A DNA stretch of 64,000 bases from Mytilus edulis (taxonomy: Eukaryota): contig NC_092349.1 of the NCBI RefSeq assembly GCF_963676685.1, forward strand, positions 75,842,473 to 75,906,472, given 5' to 3'. Position numbers and translations under genes: made by a program. Positions 11,041 through 23,619 of the stretch are shown in pieces (the first letter of the stretch is position 1; the number at the start of each line of letters is the position of its first letter). A model generated the notes under the pieces. That model saw only the letters and a list, made by a program, of their open reading frames with translations. It was not told the origin of the DNA and made no database searches.

Positions 11041-12601
11041 TTATTCGGTAGATCACATTCATGATTTGGTTAGAATGATAGCAAATTACAGAGTAATATA
11101 TCGTGCAAAACACCAAACAGGAAAACGAAACGGACTAATACTTGTGCATTTTTATACATTTTGAAATGAAAATAATGAAAACTTAATGTTTCTTACTTGG
11201 TTGTTAAATTGGGTTTAAACCACATCTTGATGTACTCTGTTTCTTTTTTTAAATTATGTTTACTGTCCAAGGGGCAGTAACTCCTCATCTAAATAATAGC
11301 TTGTGGAATGCATAGTATATAAGACTTTTTCAAAGGTTTTTTCTTTCATGTTTTTAAAGAAAATATTTATTTTTTAAATGATTATCACTTAAGAAAACTT
11401 CGCCCAAATTTTTATTCTCGTCTTTCGGAATCATCTTGAAACTAATGATTTACTTTTATTTCTAAAAGTGTTTGAAAACTCAACAAAGATATATTGCACG
11501 CGGCTCAATAGATGACTATTTTTACTGCATCATTATTTTCTAAAATATGAGAGTCCATTGCTACAATTGGCAAATTTGAACAAAAGTGCCGCTTTGAATG
11601 TGAATCTATCTCACCAATGGGCCAGTTATAGAAAACAAACGTTCATTCACAAGTATATCATTTAGAGAAGGACTCAAATGCATCATCTTTGTTTCATTAA
11701 ATATCTCAATGCTGAAACGTTTACTTTCCTGACCTACTTCTGATTTAAGTGAACATTTCACATATATTCTTCCGTTTTTGATTTTTGTGTATATACTTTG
11801 CAGTCTTGTTTTTTTTTTTAATTTGGCAATAAAATAAGGACAGCAACACTAAAATAGTTGTCTTTAATTTATTTCATCTAATTATATGCATCTCAATTTT
11901 TTCATATCTATTCAGTTTTAAATATCTGAACATTTTGTATATGAACGTGAAATTCTACAAATTATTTAAACTGATCAATTGATATTGCATGTAACGCTGA
12001 GAATCTATAATCTCTTAAGACAGAACTAAATAAAGTTCTAGTTTATAGTCTGATTCATTAGAATGATGACAATGTCTATCAAGTTTTAGTGTTTTATTTG
12101 TCTTGGGCTTTGTTGGTATTAAACAAATGTTAACTTCTATTCCCACGTTACCGTTGTACATTGGAAAGCAATAAAGAACGGCTTATCGCTGTCATGACAT
12201 TTGCTACGATTCGTCGTTTACATTGACTTAAAAATATTATTGACACTCCATCCTGTAGCATACTGTTACAAATCTCTTCCTGAAAGTTTTCTCAAGACAA
12301 ATATCTTATGTTCCCTTCATCGGTTTATTGAATTGATTCGCTAGTTTGAAAATTAGATAGAGTTTTTGTTAATTTTCAGGTTTTAAGAAGGTTCGCAACT
12401 CAGTTTCAAAAATTACAAGCTTTTCATAACACTAGTATTCATTGATATGGAATTAATAAAGGATCCAAAAAAGAGAAAATATATATATATATAGGTCAAT
12501 GTGCTTGTTTTCGAAATAATAGCCATTGGAATTTTGGCGGGAAAATGTTCTCTTTTGATTTTTCATACCTTTATCATCGATAAGTTTAAGTTCTCAAAAA
12601 C

Positions 12602-12604
<3 letters not shown>

Positions 12605-12638
<34 letters not shown>
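12605..12638 (+). repeat. Uninterrupted A(34) tract
   Basis: Direct count in the sequence. It may be the tail of a retroposed element whose body I cannot delimit. Confidence 0.9.
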
Positions 12639-12639
<1 letters not shown>

Positions 12640-14511
12640 TAACAAGGATTTTATAAGACTTTAACAGATGATTTATAAGTATACATGTAAAAGTTTTATT
12701 AAAAGAAAAATGGGGGTCAATGTAAAAAAAAATTTAAGGCATTTAAATAGGGAAAGAGGATTCCGAATATCTGACAAAAAAAACAAAAGAGGACTCGCGA
12801 ACATTCTTAATGCTTGAGATACTCATTAAAAAGTTTAATTTCTTCTAATCTATTTTATGTACTATCTTATTTCATTAGCATGTAGTTTGGTGGTTTTCAT
12901 TGGTGCTCATGTTTTGTGTTTGAAATAAAACGTTCGTTTGCTTTCGTGTATTAATTTGATAACTGTTTATCATTCAGAACCTTTAATAGTTACTAAAACG
13001 GTATGTGCGTATTATTGAAGCCAAATGATGTACTATACTCGAAATTTTAGATATAGTTTTTGGTTAAGTTGGAAACTGGGCAACTGAGGGTTGATGTAAC
13101 AGGTGATTGTTAATAAAATATGTTTAATATTAAAAAAAAAAAAAAAAGTTGGAAAGTTCGTTCATTGACATTGACATCCTTATTTCTAAACTCAAATGTC
13201 CGCAATCGTTAATTTCATAATTTACTTCATGTTCCTTTCAGTCACACTTGCTTATGATTTTGTTTTTACAATTGCATGGCAAGGCATGCATGTATACTAT
13301 AAAATGCTTATTGTACATTTGTTGATGATTCATTCTTAAAACCAAATTTAAAGTAACTTTGTCAATGAAATATTCATTTCTTGTTGTACTTGATATATAT
13401 ATTTATTTGTATCAAGCATTCCTATCATGTCATACACCATGCAAAAGAAATAAATGATCCACAACTGATTTGGTATAATCAGCTATACATTATAACGAAT
13501 TAGTTCCTTCGGTCAGTCATATTTGTCAATACACTCTATCGTTTATTCTTTAGTTCCAGATTAACATTGGCAATTAATTACGAACACCTTTTAATTTGCA
13601 ATTCAGCATTTACTTATGTTGGTTGATCGCATAGATAACATATGACAGCCGATTATGCATCTACTGAAAATCTATGTAAGTATTTTGGAAACTGATGCAT
13701 CATTTTCATTTTTAAAAAAAATAATCAATTATACGCTAAGGATTACTTTCATAATGGTTATGTGTTAACGGGAACCAGTTTCGAGCTGCCTTAGTCTGTG
13801 TACAACTTTCCAATAGAAATTTATTCAAAAGGTTCGTTCTGTAAAAGTGTCATAGATACAGCATTTGTAAAAGATGAACTTAACATCAGGTACAGAAATA
13901 TCGAGTCAATTAAGGTCTCGACGGCTGTCAATTATACTTTCCTAATTCATTGAAATGAACATAGATGTCAGTTTACAATACCAATTCATTATTTACGCAT
14001 TGAACTAAGCTGTGTTTGCAATTGCCGTCAATACATGATGTGAGTATAATCTTACATCGGTTGGTTTATTCTTTTAAAATCAATACTTCCACGAACTTTT
14101 AAGATTACAACTTAGATTAATATAATTTTTCTTTGTTTCTAAGAGATATTTCAATAATAGTCACATTCAACTAACTTTTATTTTTTGAAGGAAGCATTAT
14201 CGCTTAAAACACTGTTGAAATGTTGCTGGAAAGACAGTGAAAGTTCAGCAATCAAAAATTGAGAAAATTTGTGTTGTCGTAAAGTTTGGTTCTTTATCGA
14301 CCCTTATTGTCAATTTTCAAATATTATTAGAATATAAGACTGTGTAAACAAACACTTTGATAAAAATGTGAAAGACAAATGATTAAGGCTTTCATGATGC
14401 TTTTCCTCTATTGCTACAAACTGAACTGTTTCAGCATGAATTAATAACAATTCAGAAGAAATTAATATCTCCATGTAAAAAAGCTATAAACATCAATAGA
14501 TTGCTAACATT

Positions 14512-14642
14512 TTAAAAGAGGGACGAAAGACACCAAATGGACAGTCGAACTCTTAGATCGAAAATAAACAGACAACGCCATGGCTAAAAATGAAAAAGAC
14601 AAACAGACAAACAACAGTACACATGACACAACATAGAAAACT
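14512..14642 (-). repeat. Family A 3'-half copy
   Basis: AAAAGAGGGACGAAAGACACCAAATGGACAGTCGAACTC...CAACGCCATGGCTAAAAATGAAAAAGACAAACAGACAAACAA. Confidence 0.8.
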
Positions 14643-14980
14643 GTGGAGGTTTTGAGTTGAAATTTTATGGTTCCATGGAAAAATTCATATTGATATAGAA
14701 ATATCATGAGGCCAATACATTCACCAATAGTGCTACAATTTCATTTCTTCATTATAATAGATCATTACAATATAACACACTAATAGGTTTTCTGTTTTGT
14801 CCTCATTCTACTTTTGTTAACTGAAGCAATATCAGGAAGTCCCGTCAACAAGTTTGCGTTAATGCAGTCGGGACGAATGCTTACTTTTAAGACTTCTTAT
14901 GTTTTCTGAAGTTATATAGAGTGAACAATTTCACAGATTCGTCTGTATAAGCTTAATCACTTAGTGCATGTTGCTTAAGT

Positions 14981-15093
14981 CTTTAGTTTTCTTGTATGTC
15001 TTGTGTTCTATGGTTTGTCTGTCTTTCTTTTTCGTATTTAGCCAAGATGTTGTCAGTTTATTTTCAATCCATAAGTTTGAAGGTCCCTCTCTG
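14981..15093 (+). repeat. Family A 3' fragment, diverged
   Basis: TTAGCCAAGATGTTGTCAGTTTATTTTCAATCCATAAGTTTGAAGGTCCCTCTCTG. Confidence 0.6.
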
Positions 15094-16071
15094 AGATCAT
15101 GTGTAAGCATTTGAGAAAAAATGCAGGTATTAAAAATCTTGAAGGAAGTCATGTCATTTCAAATGCATGTAAACATATACAAAATTGCTTTTGAATTAAC
15201 TTATCTGAAAATCATTGAGTGTCCAAAATCAATTTTTGTTCATTGATATTGGCTATGTGATGAGGTGTAAGTAAGATGTAAAAAAAAAGAACTCAAGTGG
15301 TCTTAGTAGGATTCATATTTCCTTTCATTAAAAAACTTGTTCAATACACAAGGAATCACTGTCTATCACGGAACTCGCACAGTGACTTCTGTTTTGTTTT
15401 GTTTCTTTTTATATAAATTTTATTATTTATCAATGCTATATTTTCAAAATCTGTTAGGTTTTAGGAGTGTTTAACATGGGCTTTCATATTTTATTGCTAA
15501 TAATTATATATGTGAATGAATATATGTTGTAAATCTTCTAGGGAATTTTAATATTATATAATGCGCTGTTAAAAACACAGTATGATAATAATAAAAAGAA
15601 GATTATCTTGACTTTTATATAAAAGGAAACGCACTTACTCAGATTAGGTTGTGGCTCCCCAGTTGATACAGTTGGTTACCACACTTATTTTGAAAACGCA
15701 TACTGAATTCTGTTTGAATCTTCTTATGTCCTAGATATGTTACCTAATGAACTGATACTACGAACCTCCATTCTATTCTGTAACAGTTCAACTTGTTTAG
15801 CAACAATTAAATACATTGTATGTGACCTCATTTCAATTTGAGGTGGGGTGTTCTGAAATCTGAAGGTACGCAGATGAAGTCATATTTACTTGAAAGAATA
15901 TGTCAAACCCGAAGGAAATTAGTGAAGGAATTGAATAAAGTAAAAATATCGAAATCCAAGGGATATTATAAACAGGAAGTACATTACTAAATGCCAAAAT
16001 AAAACAAATTTAAACACATCAAGCGAATGGTAAGCAAGTGTCGTTTTCCTTACTGAAGTTCATATACAAAA

Positions 16072-16578
16072 GAAGATGCGGTATAATTGCCAATGAGACA
16101 ACTCTCCACGAAAACGAAAATGACACAGGAATTATCAACTATAGGTCACCGTACAGCCTTCAGCAATCAACGAGAAAACTAACGGCTGAATCTCTGTACA
16201 AAAATGAACGAAAAACAAATATGTAACACATCAACAAATGACAACGACTGAATTACAGGCTCCTGACTTGGGACAGGCACATACATACAGAATGTCGTGG
16301 GTTAAACATGTAACCCGGATTCCAACCTTCCCCTATTCTGGATCAGTGGTGTAACATTACAACATAGGAACGAAGTTGAAAAATCAGTTGAAAAAAGCTT
16401 AGCTCATCAAATGGATACGAAGTGAAATACTACACGGAGTTGACGTGGCCGGGTACTTGTATATCCAAACAACAACACAAAAAAACACTACGTAAATATC
16501 TGAGAGCACTCGCAGTCGATGACAAGTAGTTAAAAGCCACTAACAACTAATAAAACAATCATGCATCCAAGACTAAAT
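16072..16578 (+). repeat. Interspersed repeat family C, full-length (about 510-560 bp)
   Basis: GAAGATGCGGTATAATTGCCAATGAGACAACTCTCCAC...ACTATAGGTCACCGTACAGCCTTCA...GGCTCCTGACTTGGGACAGGCACATACATAC...GTGGCCGGGTACTTGTATATCC...CATGCATCCAAGACTAAA is collinear with 40917-41476. Confidence 0.85.
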
Positions 16579-16767
16579 TCATTATTTTTGCTATTTAACT
16601 TTTTTTTTTGTTGGCAAATGATCCCACATGAAATCTTTTCAAACTCTTAAAAGAGCTGAAGGGTGGTTGAAGTTATCATTTCCTAACTTCCCTCACCCAT
16701 AGTGATAACATTGCATTCTTAGTTTCTCCACTTATCAAGAATTCATAGTCTCGTTTGAAATTTTATG

Positions 16768-16970
16768 AACGCCATCACGAGTTATGAGTTTGACTGTTCC
16801 TTTGGTATCTTTCGTTCCTCTCTTACACCGTTACTGAATATCTGTTTCACAAATAACGACAGATACGTTTTAAAGGTCATAACCATCACCGGGTTTGTGT
16901 TTTTATGAGCAATAATATGGCCATGGCTTCCACATGTAGAGCAGGTTCTGCATACCCGTCTGGATTCACC
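16768..16970 (+). repeat. Family A fragments in scrambled order: the 3' end at 16768-16826, then a 5'-like piece at 16905-16970
   Basis: GAGTTATGAGTTTGACTGTTCCTTTGGTATCTTTCGTTCCTCTCTTAC, then CCACATGTAGAGCAGGTTCTGCATACCCGTCTGGATTCACC. Confidence 0.5.
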
Positions 16971-17177
16971 TTAATTACTCAGTCTTTATTTTTGTAAGTT
17001 TTGTACAGTATTGTGTCTTTCTGTCTTTTTAATTAGTTTTGTATATTGTTAGTGGAATGAGGAGATTTGAATATTGGTAAGCTACATTTGTTCCTAAATT
17101 AATGATATGTCTAAGTGGATGCATCCTTCGTTAGGTGTTCAATGTTATGTGTTTGACAATGATGTAGTTGTACAAGG

Positions 17178-17440
17178 GTACACAACGGGTGCTACATGTG
17201 GAACAGGATCTTCTTACTCTTCCGGAGCACCTGATATCACCCCCAGTTTTTGGTGGGGTTCTTATTGCTTAGTCTTTGGTTTTCTATGTTGTGTCTTCTG
17301 TACCATTGTTTGTCTGTGTATCTGTTTGTCTGTGTATCTGTTTATCTGTTTGTCTTTTTTTTATTTTTAGCCGTGTCGTTGTCAGTTTATTTTCAATCTA
17401 CGAGTTTGACTGTCCCTCTGTTATCTTTCGTCCCTCTTTT
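17178..17440 (+). repeat. Family A near full-length copy with an internal microsatellite-like expansion
   Basis: Head GGTGCTACATGTGGAACAGGATCTTCTTACTCTTCCGGAGCACCTGATATCACCCCC and tail GTTGTCAGTTTATTTTCAATCTACGAGTTTGACTGTCCCTCTGTTATCTTTCGTCCCTCTTTT. The internal block TGTTTGTCTGTGTATCTGTTTGTCTGTGTATCTGTTTATCTGTTTGTC (17305-17355) is absent from the other copies. Confidence 0.8.
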
Positions 17441-18329
17441 GAGTGTTATTTGTACATTACTACTGAAAGGCCGACTTAAAAGTAGTTTTAAAAAAAGAAT
17501 GCCATAAAATCAAACGTCATTACCAAAGGACAAGTGGAGAACAACTGTCATATTACCGACCAGGAACAGGCGTTTTTCAAAGTTTATTTCATATCAATTG
17601 AATAAAAAAAGGTTAGTTTTTGTTTGAACAGATGACAGTACACAACGACAGGTAAAAATGATAAATAGAAAAGAACATCATCATAGTCAAATGAAAATGG
17701 ACAAGATTAAACATTATATAGAAAACTTAAATGCAAAACTAACCAATAATCAGGATCTAGGGAGCGGTCAACAGTTCTCTCATATAATGACAACATCGTC
17801 TTATAAAAAGTTTGAGTGCAGAATGGTAAAATTACAGGTTCTGTGTTTGTTTTTTATCTGTTTTTTTTTTATATCTTTACATGCTTTTCAAATTGAAGCT
17901 GAACTTATCGTTTAACCTTTTTTCCATTGCTTTAATTGTAATGTTCCCTTAGATATTTGAGACTTTCTTTATCAATAATTTAAGTACTTTTGCCTGTATT
18001 GAGATCTTGTTTTATTGTTATCAGATCAGTAATTTAACGCATGTCTTCTATTACAGTTATTTGTGCATATGTTAAATATTCCGTGTCTTTTGTTTTAGTT
18101 TTCAGTGATCGATAAAATACGCAATGTGCCGAATATAACTCTATTGTTCAAACGATATATTTTAATTTGAAGAGGAGTATTTTTCCTCGACAGTTGAATT
18201 TTTTACCATATATGATGTACTCATCATTCCTTCAAATGTTTTTATCATGATAGTATTCGCATGTAGACTTTAACATTTTTAGTTCATATTGTAACTTGTT
18301 TTCTCTAATTTTCATGCTATTTTCACATT

Positions 18330-18685
18330 TCCTGAGCGGTGTGAGAAAAATATTTCTAATCTCTAGTGAAAAATTTGTTCTCGGCAAATGATTGGTCGAA
18401 ATTTTATTGTGACGTTAAATTTGCTTTGTTTCTTCTGAATTTTTCTATTGTGACGTCATGACAAAAAGTACACAACTTTCTTCAAATCTTTGAAAGAGAA
18501 GGATAAAAATAATTAGAGAAACAGATTCCACCACTATAACTCGTGTATTATGATATTTCTCCACTCTCGACAGTTAATTTTAACTATTTAAAAAGCTCGA
18601 CAAAGCCACGCGCTTTAAATATTAAAATTTAACTGTCTCGAGTGGAGAAATATCGTTACACACTTGTTGCAGTTGTGAAATCTAT
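18330..18685 (+). repeat. Foldback/MITE-like family K, ending in a roughly 48-bp-arm hairpin (18525-18680)
   Basis: CCTGAGCGGTGTGAGAAAAATATTTCT...TGTGACGTCATGAC...AGATTCCACCACTATAACTCGTGTATTATGATATTTCTCCACTCTCGACAGTTAA [loop] TTAACTGTCTCGAGTGGAGAAATATCGTTACACACTTGTTGCAGTTGTG. The whole block is the reverse complement of 48040-48445. Confidence 0.8.
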
Positions 18686-20301
18686 ATGTTTCTCGCCCCG
18701 TTCACGGGTTCATTCTCGACTTTTTCGCAATCATAACTAAAGATAAATGATTTTTTAACATCTGCAGTGCGAACTTGAAAATGCTATCATCACGTTGATA
18801 CGTTGGGATTTTTGTTATTTCAATTGCAATGTATATACTAAAATAAACAACACATAGTTTTATTCAACAGATAACATTAACCTATAATAACTTTTTTATC
18901 ATTGTTTAAGTTCACAACCATTATCTATAATACATATAAATATACACACCATAAGAAACATGTGGTGTCCCCTTCACTGATAAGTATAGTGTTATACAAT
19001 TCGTGTTTTATGGTTTTGCAACAATTCATTCGTTGTATAGTTTACAGTAGTTTAATATCTAAATACAATAGATACTTAATATGGTAATTATGTAACATTG
19101 ACAGATTATAGCTTTTTGTCTAAGCGCATTATATTTCCTCTAATATAACAGAAACATATAAACTCTACCACAATTAGCACATACTCTTTGAAACATTTCT
19201 TTGTTATTACTAATAATGATTACATGAAGACGGTTTGAGTTCTTTAAGTTATAAAAAAAGATAATAAAAAATACGATCTTTTAATTATGTTTTTTCCTTT
19301 AAATATTCAAAAACATATAATGAAATAAACGGTTTATCAATTCATTTGGTTTTTTTTTTCATTTGCAATGTATATTTATCCATGTGGAATACGACATGAA
19401 AACGTTTTTAATGATTAATGACTAAGTAGTAAAGTAAAAAATGGTCATTTAGGTCTTGTGTCAAACATTTAACCCCAAGTGCAATAACAGGTAATCGGGT
19501 AATGGAGTAAATGAATTGACCAAAAGAGCAACTGGTCATTTAAACATTTTTTTAGAGGACAATATTTTGGTATGAAAGGAATTTATCTGTGTCAATGGTC
19601 TTAGGTCATACTTTATTGTATTCTATGGATAATGCCAATTGAATGGCTGTTTTCAGTAATTAAATGTATAATTATCCCTTTCTTGAATGGTTAAATACGT
19701 ATTTACTGTAAAGACCTAACAGGAAACGTTTCCAATCATTGCGAATTAATTCTAGCAAAAATGTCTGATGTAAGGAGAAACATATTCAGCTAACACATAT
19801 CAAATCGGTCTTTTGAAAATGAATTGTTTAGATTTATAAAATTCAAACGGCCTTGTTATTCCAAAAGCGTAAAATGCAGCTTTAAACGTTACTTCAAATA
19901 TCATGTAACAAACAAATATTTCAGATTTTAAAATTACAGCTGCAATCTGAAAAAATGTGATTAATATTTTCAAATTTATATTTTGATAAAAAAATAATAT
20001 GCAAACACCTTAAAAGGTATGGAATAGTATAAGGATGCTTATTTGGGATATTTTTTTAATAATCTCGATATTTTTCGTCTTGATTTTTAGACTGCAAAGA
20101 GATAAACAATACTTATCAACTTAAAACAAATAATCGAGATATGGTTACTTGGCAAAAATGTATGATAAAATATGGGTAGGTATAAGAGTTCAGGGTGAGT
20201 AAAGCTTTCACGTAACGTCATTGAATTATTTCAAACATATGAATATGTGGTTGTTTTTAATCTTCATATAAAAAGTTAATATACTTTTTCTCTTGACTTA
20301 A

Positions 20302-20528
20302 CTATACATATTCCTTAAACTGAAACTCATTCCATTTCATTTCCTTAAAGCACCAAAGAACTGGACAGAATATTGACAGTGATACAGACATGATTGCCAG
20401 CATATAACTCCATCCTATGGAACAGTTAGCTGAATAAAACACAGACGCAGAATCTCCGCAGTAGTACCGGAAGTAGTGAGAGCTGAGTCCTACCGGAAAT
20501 GTAACTAATGCCGAGATCATCAACAAAA
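20302..20528 (-). CDS. claudin/PMP22-like four-TM protein, exon 2 of 2 (TM3-ECL2-TM4, stop at 20302-20304)
   Basis: On the - strand the acceptor tttatatatatttttcag| precedes the exon. The phase-1 join gives ...TSA-V-LLMISALVTFPVGLSSHYFRYYCGDSASVFYSANCSIGWSYMLAIMSVSLSIFCPVLWCFKEMKWNEFQFKEYV*. It has two hydrophobic helices and a Cys-containing second extracellular loop. Confidence 0.55.
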
Positions 20529-20640
20529 CTGAAAAATATATATAAAACATTGTAAATATTTTTAGGAAAAGTATACTAGAACAATATTTATTTACGAAAT
20601 ATGTTTTCATTCCAAAAATACGACCTGTATTATCTAATAC

Positions 20641-21290
20641 CGGCGTCACAAATCAGCGTATTGCTCCGACGTACGCCGGGCGTGTTAGAAAATCATGTAC
20701 GCTGCCAATACGTTAGTAATTTTGGATGCATTCAACCTGTCAATCAAATCTGTAACCTGTGCACAACGAGCTTTAAGCGTGAATTGGGCGTACGAGAAGC
20801 GTACCTAAGCGTTTATCGGGCCTTCAAGAAACGTATGGTTGTGTATGCCTGGCGTTTGTCTAACGTAGATGAATACACGCTACGAGGAAAAAAAGTTTCT
20901 TTAACATATTTGAGACGCGTCCTGGTCGTATCTTGGACGTTCAATTAGGGGGTGTTTGTTACAAACACACCCGCATACGTTTAAGTTAAAGTCGAACGAT
21001 CTCGAAGCGTATAAAACGTGCCCTAAACGTGTCTCAAACTTATCTGTAGCGCGTTAAACTCGCTTGTAGCGTATGTATAACGTACGTGTAGCGTACAGGT
21101 ATACGCTAGACACACGCTTCAGTTGGATGAAAATGTTTATGCTGCAAAATTTCCTCGAGTTGAAGCGTTCTCCAAGCGTATACCTTTGTATTTCGACGTA
21201 CTTCAAACTTAAGTTTGAAGTACCGTTATGGAATAACCGTTTCACAAATGATATCGGATATGTTCCTTACGTCGTAACTACAATCCCCTT
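20641..21290. other. CpG/CGTA-rich island (dense ACGT, GCGTA, CGTAC words) inside the claudin-like intron; contains a perfect 26-bp palindrome at 21198-21223
   Basis: Local composition differs sharply from the CpG-depleted flanks, with dozens of CG dinucleotides in about 650 bp (CGGCGTCACAAATCAGCGTATTGCTCCGACGTACGCCGGGCGTG ... GTAGCGTATGTATAACGTACGTGTAGCGTACAGGTATACGC). The palindrome is GTACTTCAAACTTAAGTTTGAAGTAC. Confidence 0.6.
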
Positions 21291-21319
21291 CCCTTTCATG
21301 AATGTGACCTACCGAATTA

Positions 21320-21578
21320 GACTATTTACCGGATTTGTAATCACATAAGCAACACGACGGGTGCCACATGTGGAGCAGGATCTGCTTACCCTTCCGGAGC
21401 ACCTGAGATCACCCCTAGTTTTTGGTGGGGTTCGTGTTGTTTATTCTTTAGTTTTCTATGTTGTGTCATGTGTACTATTGTTTTTCTGTTTGTCTTTTTC
21501 ATTTTTAGCCATGGCGTTGTCAGTTTGTTTTAGATTTATGAGTTTGACTGTCCCTTTGGTATCTTTCGTCCCTCTTTT
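21320..21578 (+). repeat. Family A full-length reference copy (inside the claudin-like intron)
   Basis: GACTATTTACCGGATTTGTAATCACATAAGCAACACGACGGGTGCCACATGTGGAGCAGGATCTGCTTACCCTTCCGGAGCACC...GTCCCTCTTTT. Confidence 0.85.
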
Positions 21579-22259
21579 AAACAACGCGCGTTTAACGATT
21601 GCTTAGCCTTCTCTGGCGTGCAACTAGCGTATACCGACTTTGCCAATTTTCTCTGTACGTTTGGTGCACGCCGGTCTATATGCCAATATGTGACCCCGGC
21701 ATAATAGATATAGTTTACTGTTTATTCGGGTGTTTCATTGATCTTTCAACCTCAAAGCTAAACATTTTGCAAACAAAGTGAAGTCTGACAACAAGTATGA
21801 AGGCAAAATTGATCTACAAAAGAAAATTCTACTTTTTGTTCGACAGAGCTGGCCTACTTCCTCCAGTATATTTTTTTAACAGATTTTTCTGTTAAGTCTT
21901 AAAGCAGTCATATTTGGATATTTGCCTGCCATGTCATCTTAAATTCTGTAAAGATGATTAGCCTTACTTTAACATTTTCAGAATTTCAACGCCCTTGAAG
22001 TGATGATTACTTTATGATGTTTGATAAATTCCGATTTTTTTGTTCACTACAAATTAGCCTTGAAAAATGAATAAAGAATAATATTATATGATTAAACAAA
22101 AACATAAATATCCGTTTTTGTAAAATTACAATAAACATAAAAAAAATAAAGGTAATATCAGGGCATAATAATTGCTGATATAAACTAATTTGTCTACTAT
22201 AGTGATATTTATCATACTGATTTGTTTTTTAAACCTGCAAATCATGTTACAGGACTTAC

Positions 22260-22626
22260 CTGCCGATGTTTGTAGATATAGCACAAGTGAACTAATGCTG
22301 TAGACGTATCTCTCTCTGATACAATGTATCAATATTCCCAATATCACAGTGACTCCGAAAGAAAATGCTCCTGTAGAAATTAACAAAAACGAAGCTTGCC
22401 ACGCTCCAGATGGTATGTTCGCCAGACCAAATGTTCCTCCGTATGTTTGGCACCGACTTTGAATTTGTTGATCCTCGGTTGATAATCCCTCACAGAATAC
22501 TGTCAATCCAAATGAATGTATATGGTTATTGTGTATATACCATGCAGGGTTAAATATACAAAATATTGTTAAAATCGTTATAGCAATTGTCAACAATATC
22601 CATATGGAATACACAAGTTTGTTCAT
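22260..22626 (-). CDS. claudin/PMP22-like four-TM protein, exon 1 of 2 (start codon at 22626)
   Basis: ORF MNKLVYSIWILLTIAITILTIFCIFNPAWYIHNNHIHSFGLTVFCEGLSTEDQQIQSRCQTYGG... has TM1 followed by an extracellular loop with W...GL...C...C, which resembles the claudin ECL1 signature, and then TM2. The exon ends at a consensus donor GCAG|GTAAGT (- strand, intron begins at 22259). It is 367 nt, phase 1. Confidence 0.55.
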
Positions 22627-23619
22627 TTTATATAGATCGCATGTTTATTATATCTTCACCATTTATATTGTGCTATATTAATTACTTATTGTAAAAAAAT
22701 AAACATAGCAATTGTTTTCCTCATTGCGATGTTGAGCCATCATTTTTCCGTATTTGAATGAAAATAATGATTTATCAACTGAGATATATAAGTAATTACG
22801 CGTTTAAATTCTCGACAATATTCTCGAAACGAAATCTAATAATTAAATAAAACTTTCACATTTTCCCAGATTGTAAGTTTAAATAAATGTGATTAACGTA
22901 ACATTTCACGTGGGTGATATCGGATATATAGTTGTCTTTAATTCCATTTCCCGACAACGTGTTGTCCATACTAAGCCATTCCAACAAGTGAATTCTCCTA
23001 CTGTTGCTTTTCTATTAAAGCCAGACCTAGGAATCAATATGACCAGATTAGTGAATAAACATTATAATTCTATCGGATAACACGGTTACTGTCAATCAAA
23101 CCCTATAACGTCTGATCTATTGAGTCGCTTAGGAATATTGTATTGCATTGGAAAGGTTTTTAGATGTTTACGATTGCTGCAATTTAAGAGAATTTGGTAG
23201 AAAGATAAAGGGAATCTACTAATGGAATTGACTTGAACTGACTATAAAAGGGAACATGAAACACTTGGCTTTAATATGTCTTTTGCAAAATATAAATAGA
23301 AAATCATTTTGGACAAGTTAAAGTGCTCTGTAGTTTTTCAAATTAGTGCTGTTATTCTGTTTACCATTGTAGTAATTTGTACTGTTTTGTAACATGTACT
23401 TTTAACAAAACATGTATCAGAACAGTGTAATCCAAACAGATACACCAACCCCAAACATGGTTCTAATTACAATTAGATGCAACCACCAAAAAGAATAATT
23501 TCAAAAGAACAACGATGTATAAACTTCAATTATTATAACTAAGGTTTGATTGATTTATGTTTGCTAAACGCCGTATCAGCGTCTTAGGGCTATATACCGC
23601 GGCGATATAAATAGGTTTA

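Noticed and set aside
12605-12638. A(34) tract as the tail of a processed pseudogene or LINE/SINE
   Set aside because: No recognisable retroposed body or target-site duplication upstream, so only the simple repeat is reported.
16038-16226. ORF of 62 aa inside 16072..16578, and ORFs 31612..31872 and 34250..34450
   Set aside because: They are translations of family C/E repeat bodies (GCCAATGAGACAACTCTCCAC...) with no coding signal beyond repeat conservation.
20601-21348. Arg/Tyr-rich ORFs (115 aa +, 63 aa -, 91 aa +) in the CpG-rich block
   Set aside because: Their composition is driven by CGT, ACG and TAC-rich low-complexity sequence. They have no start context and no recognisable domain, and they lie inside the claudin-like intron.
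21361-21606. ORFs such as 9919..10131, 10661..10897, 14504..14707, 17107..17507 and 21361..21606 that share LLTLPEHLRSPLVFGG and VLLFVCLSFSFLAMALSVYFR peptides
   Set aside because: They coincide exactly with family-A repeat copies in both orientations. The similarity between them is the repeat, not paralogous genes.
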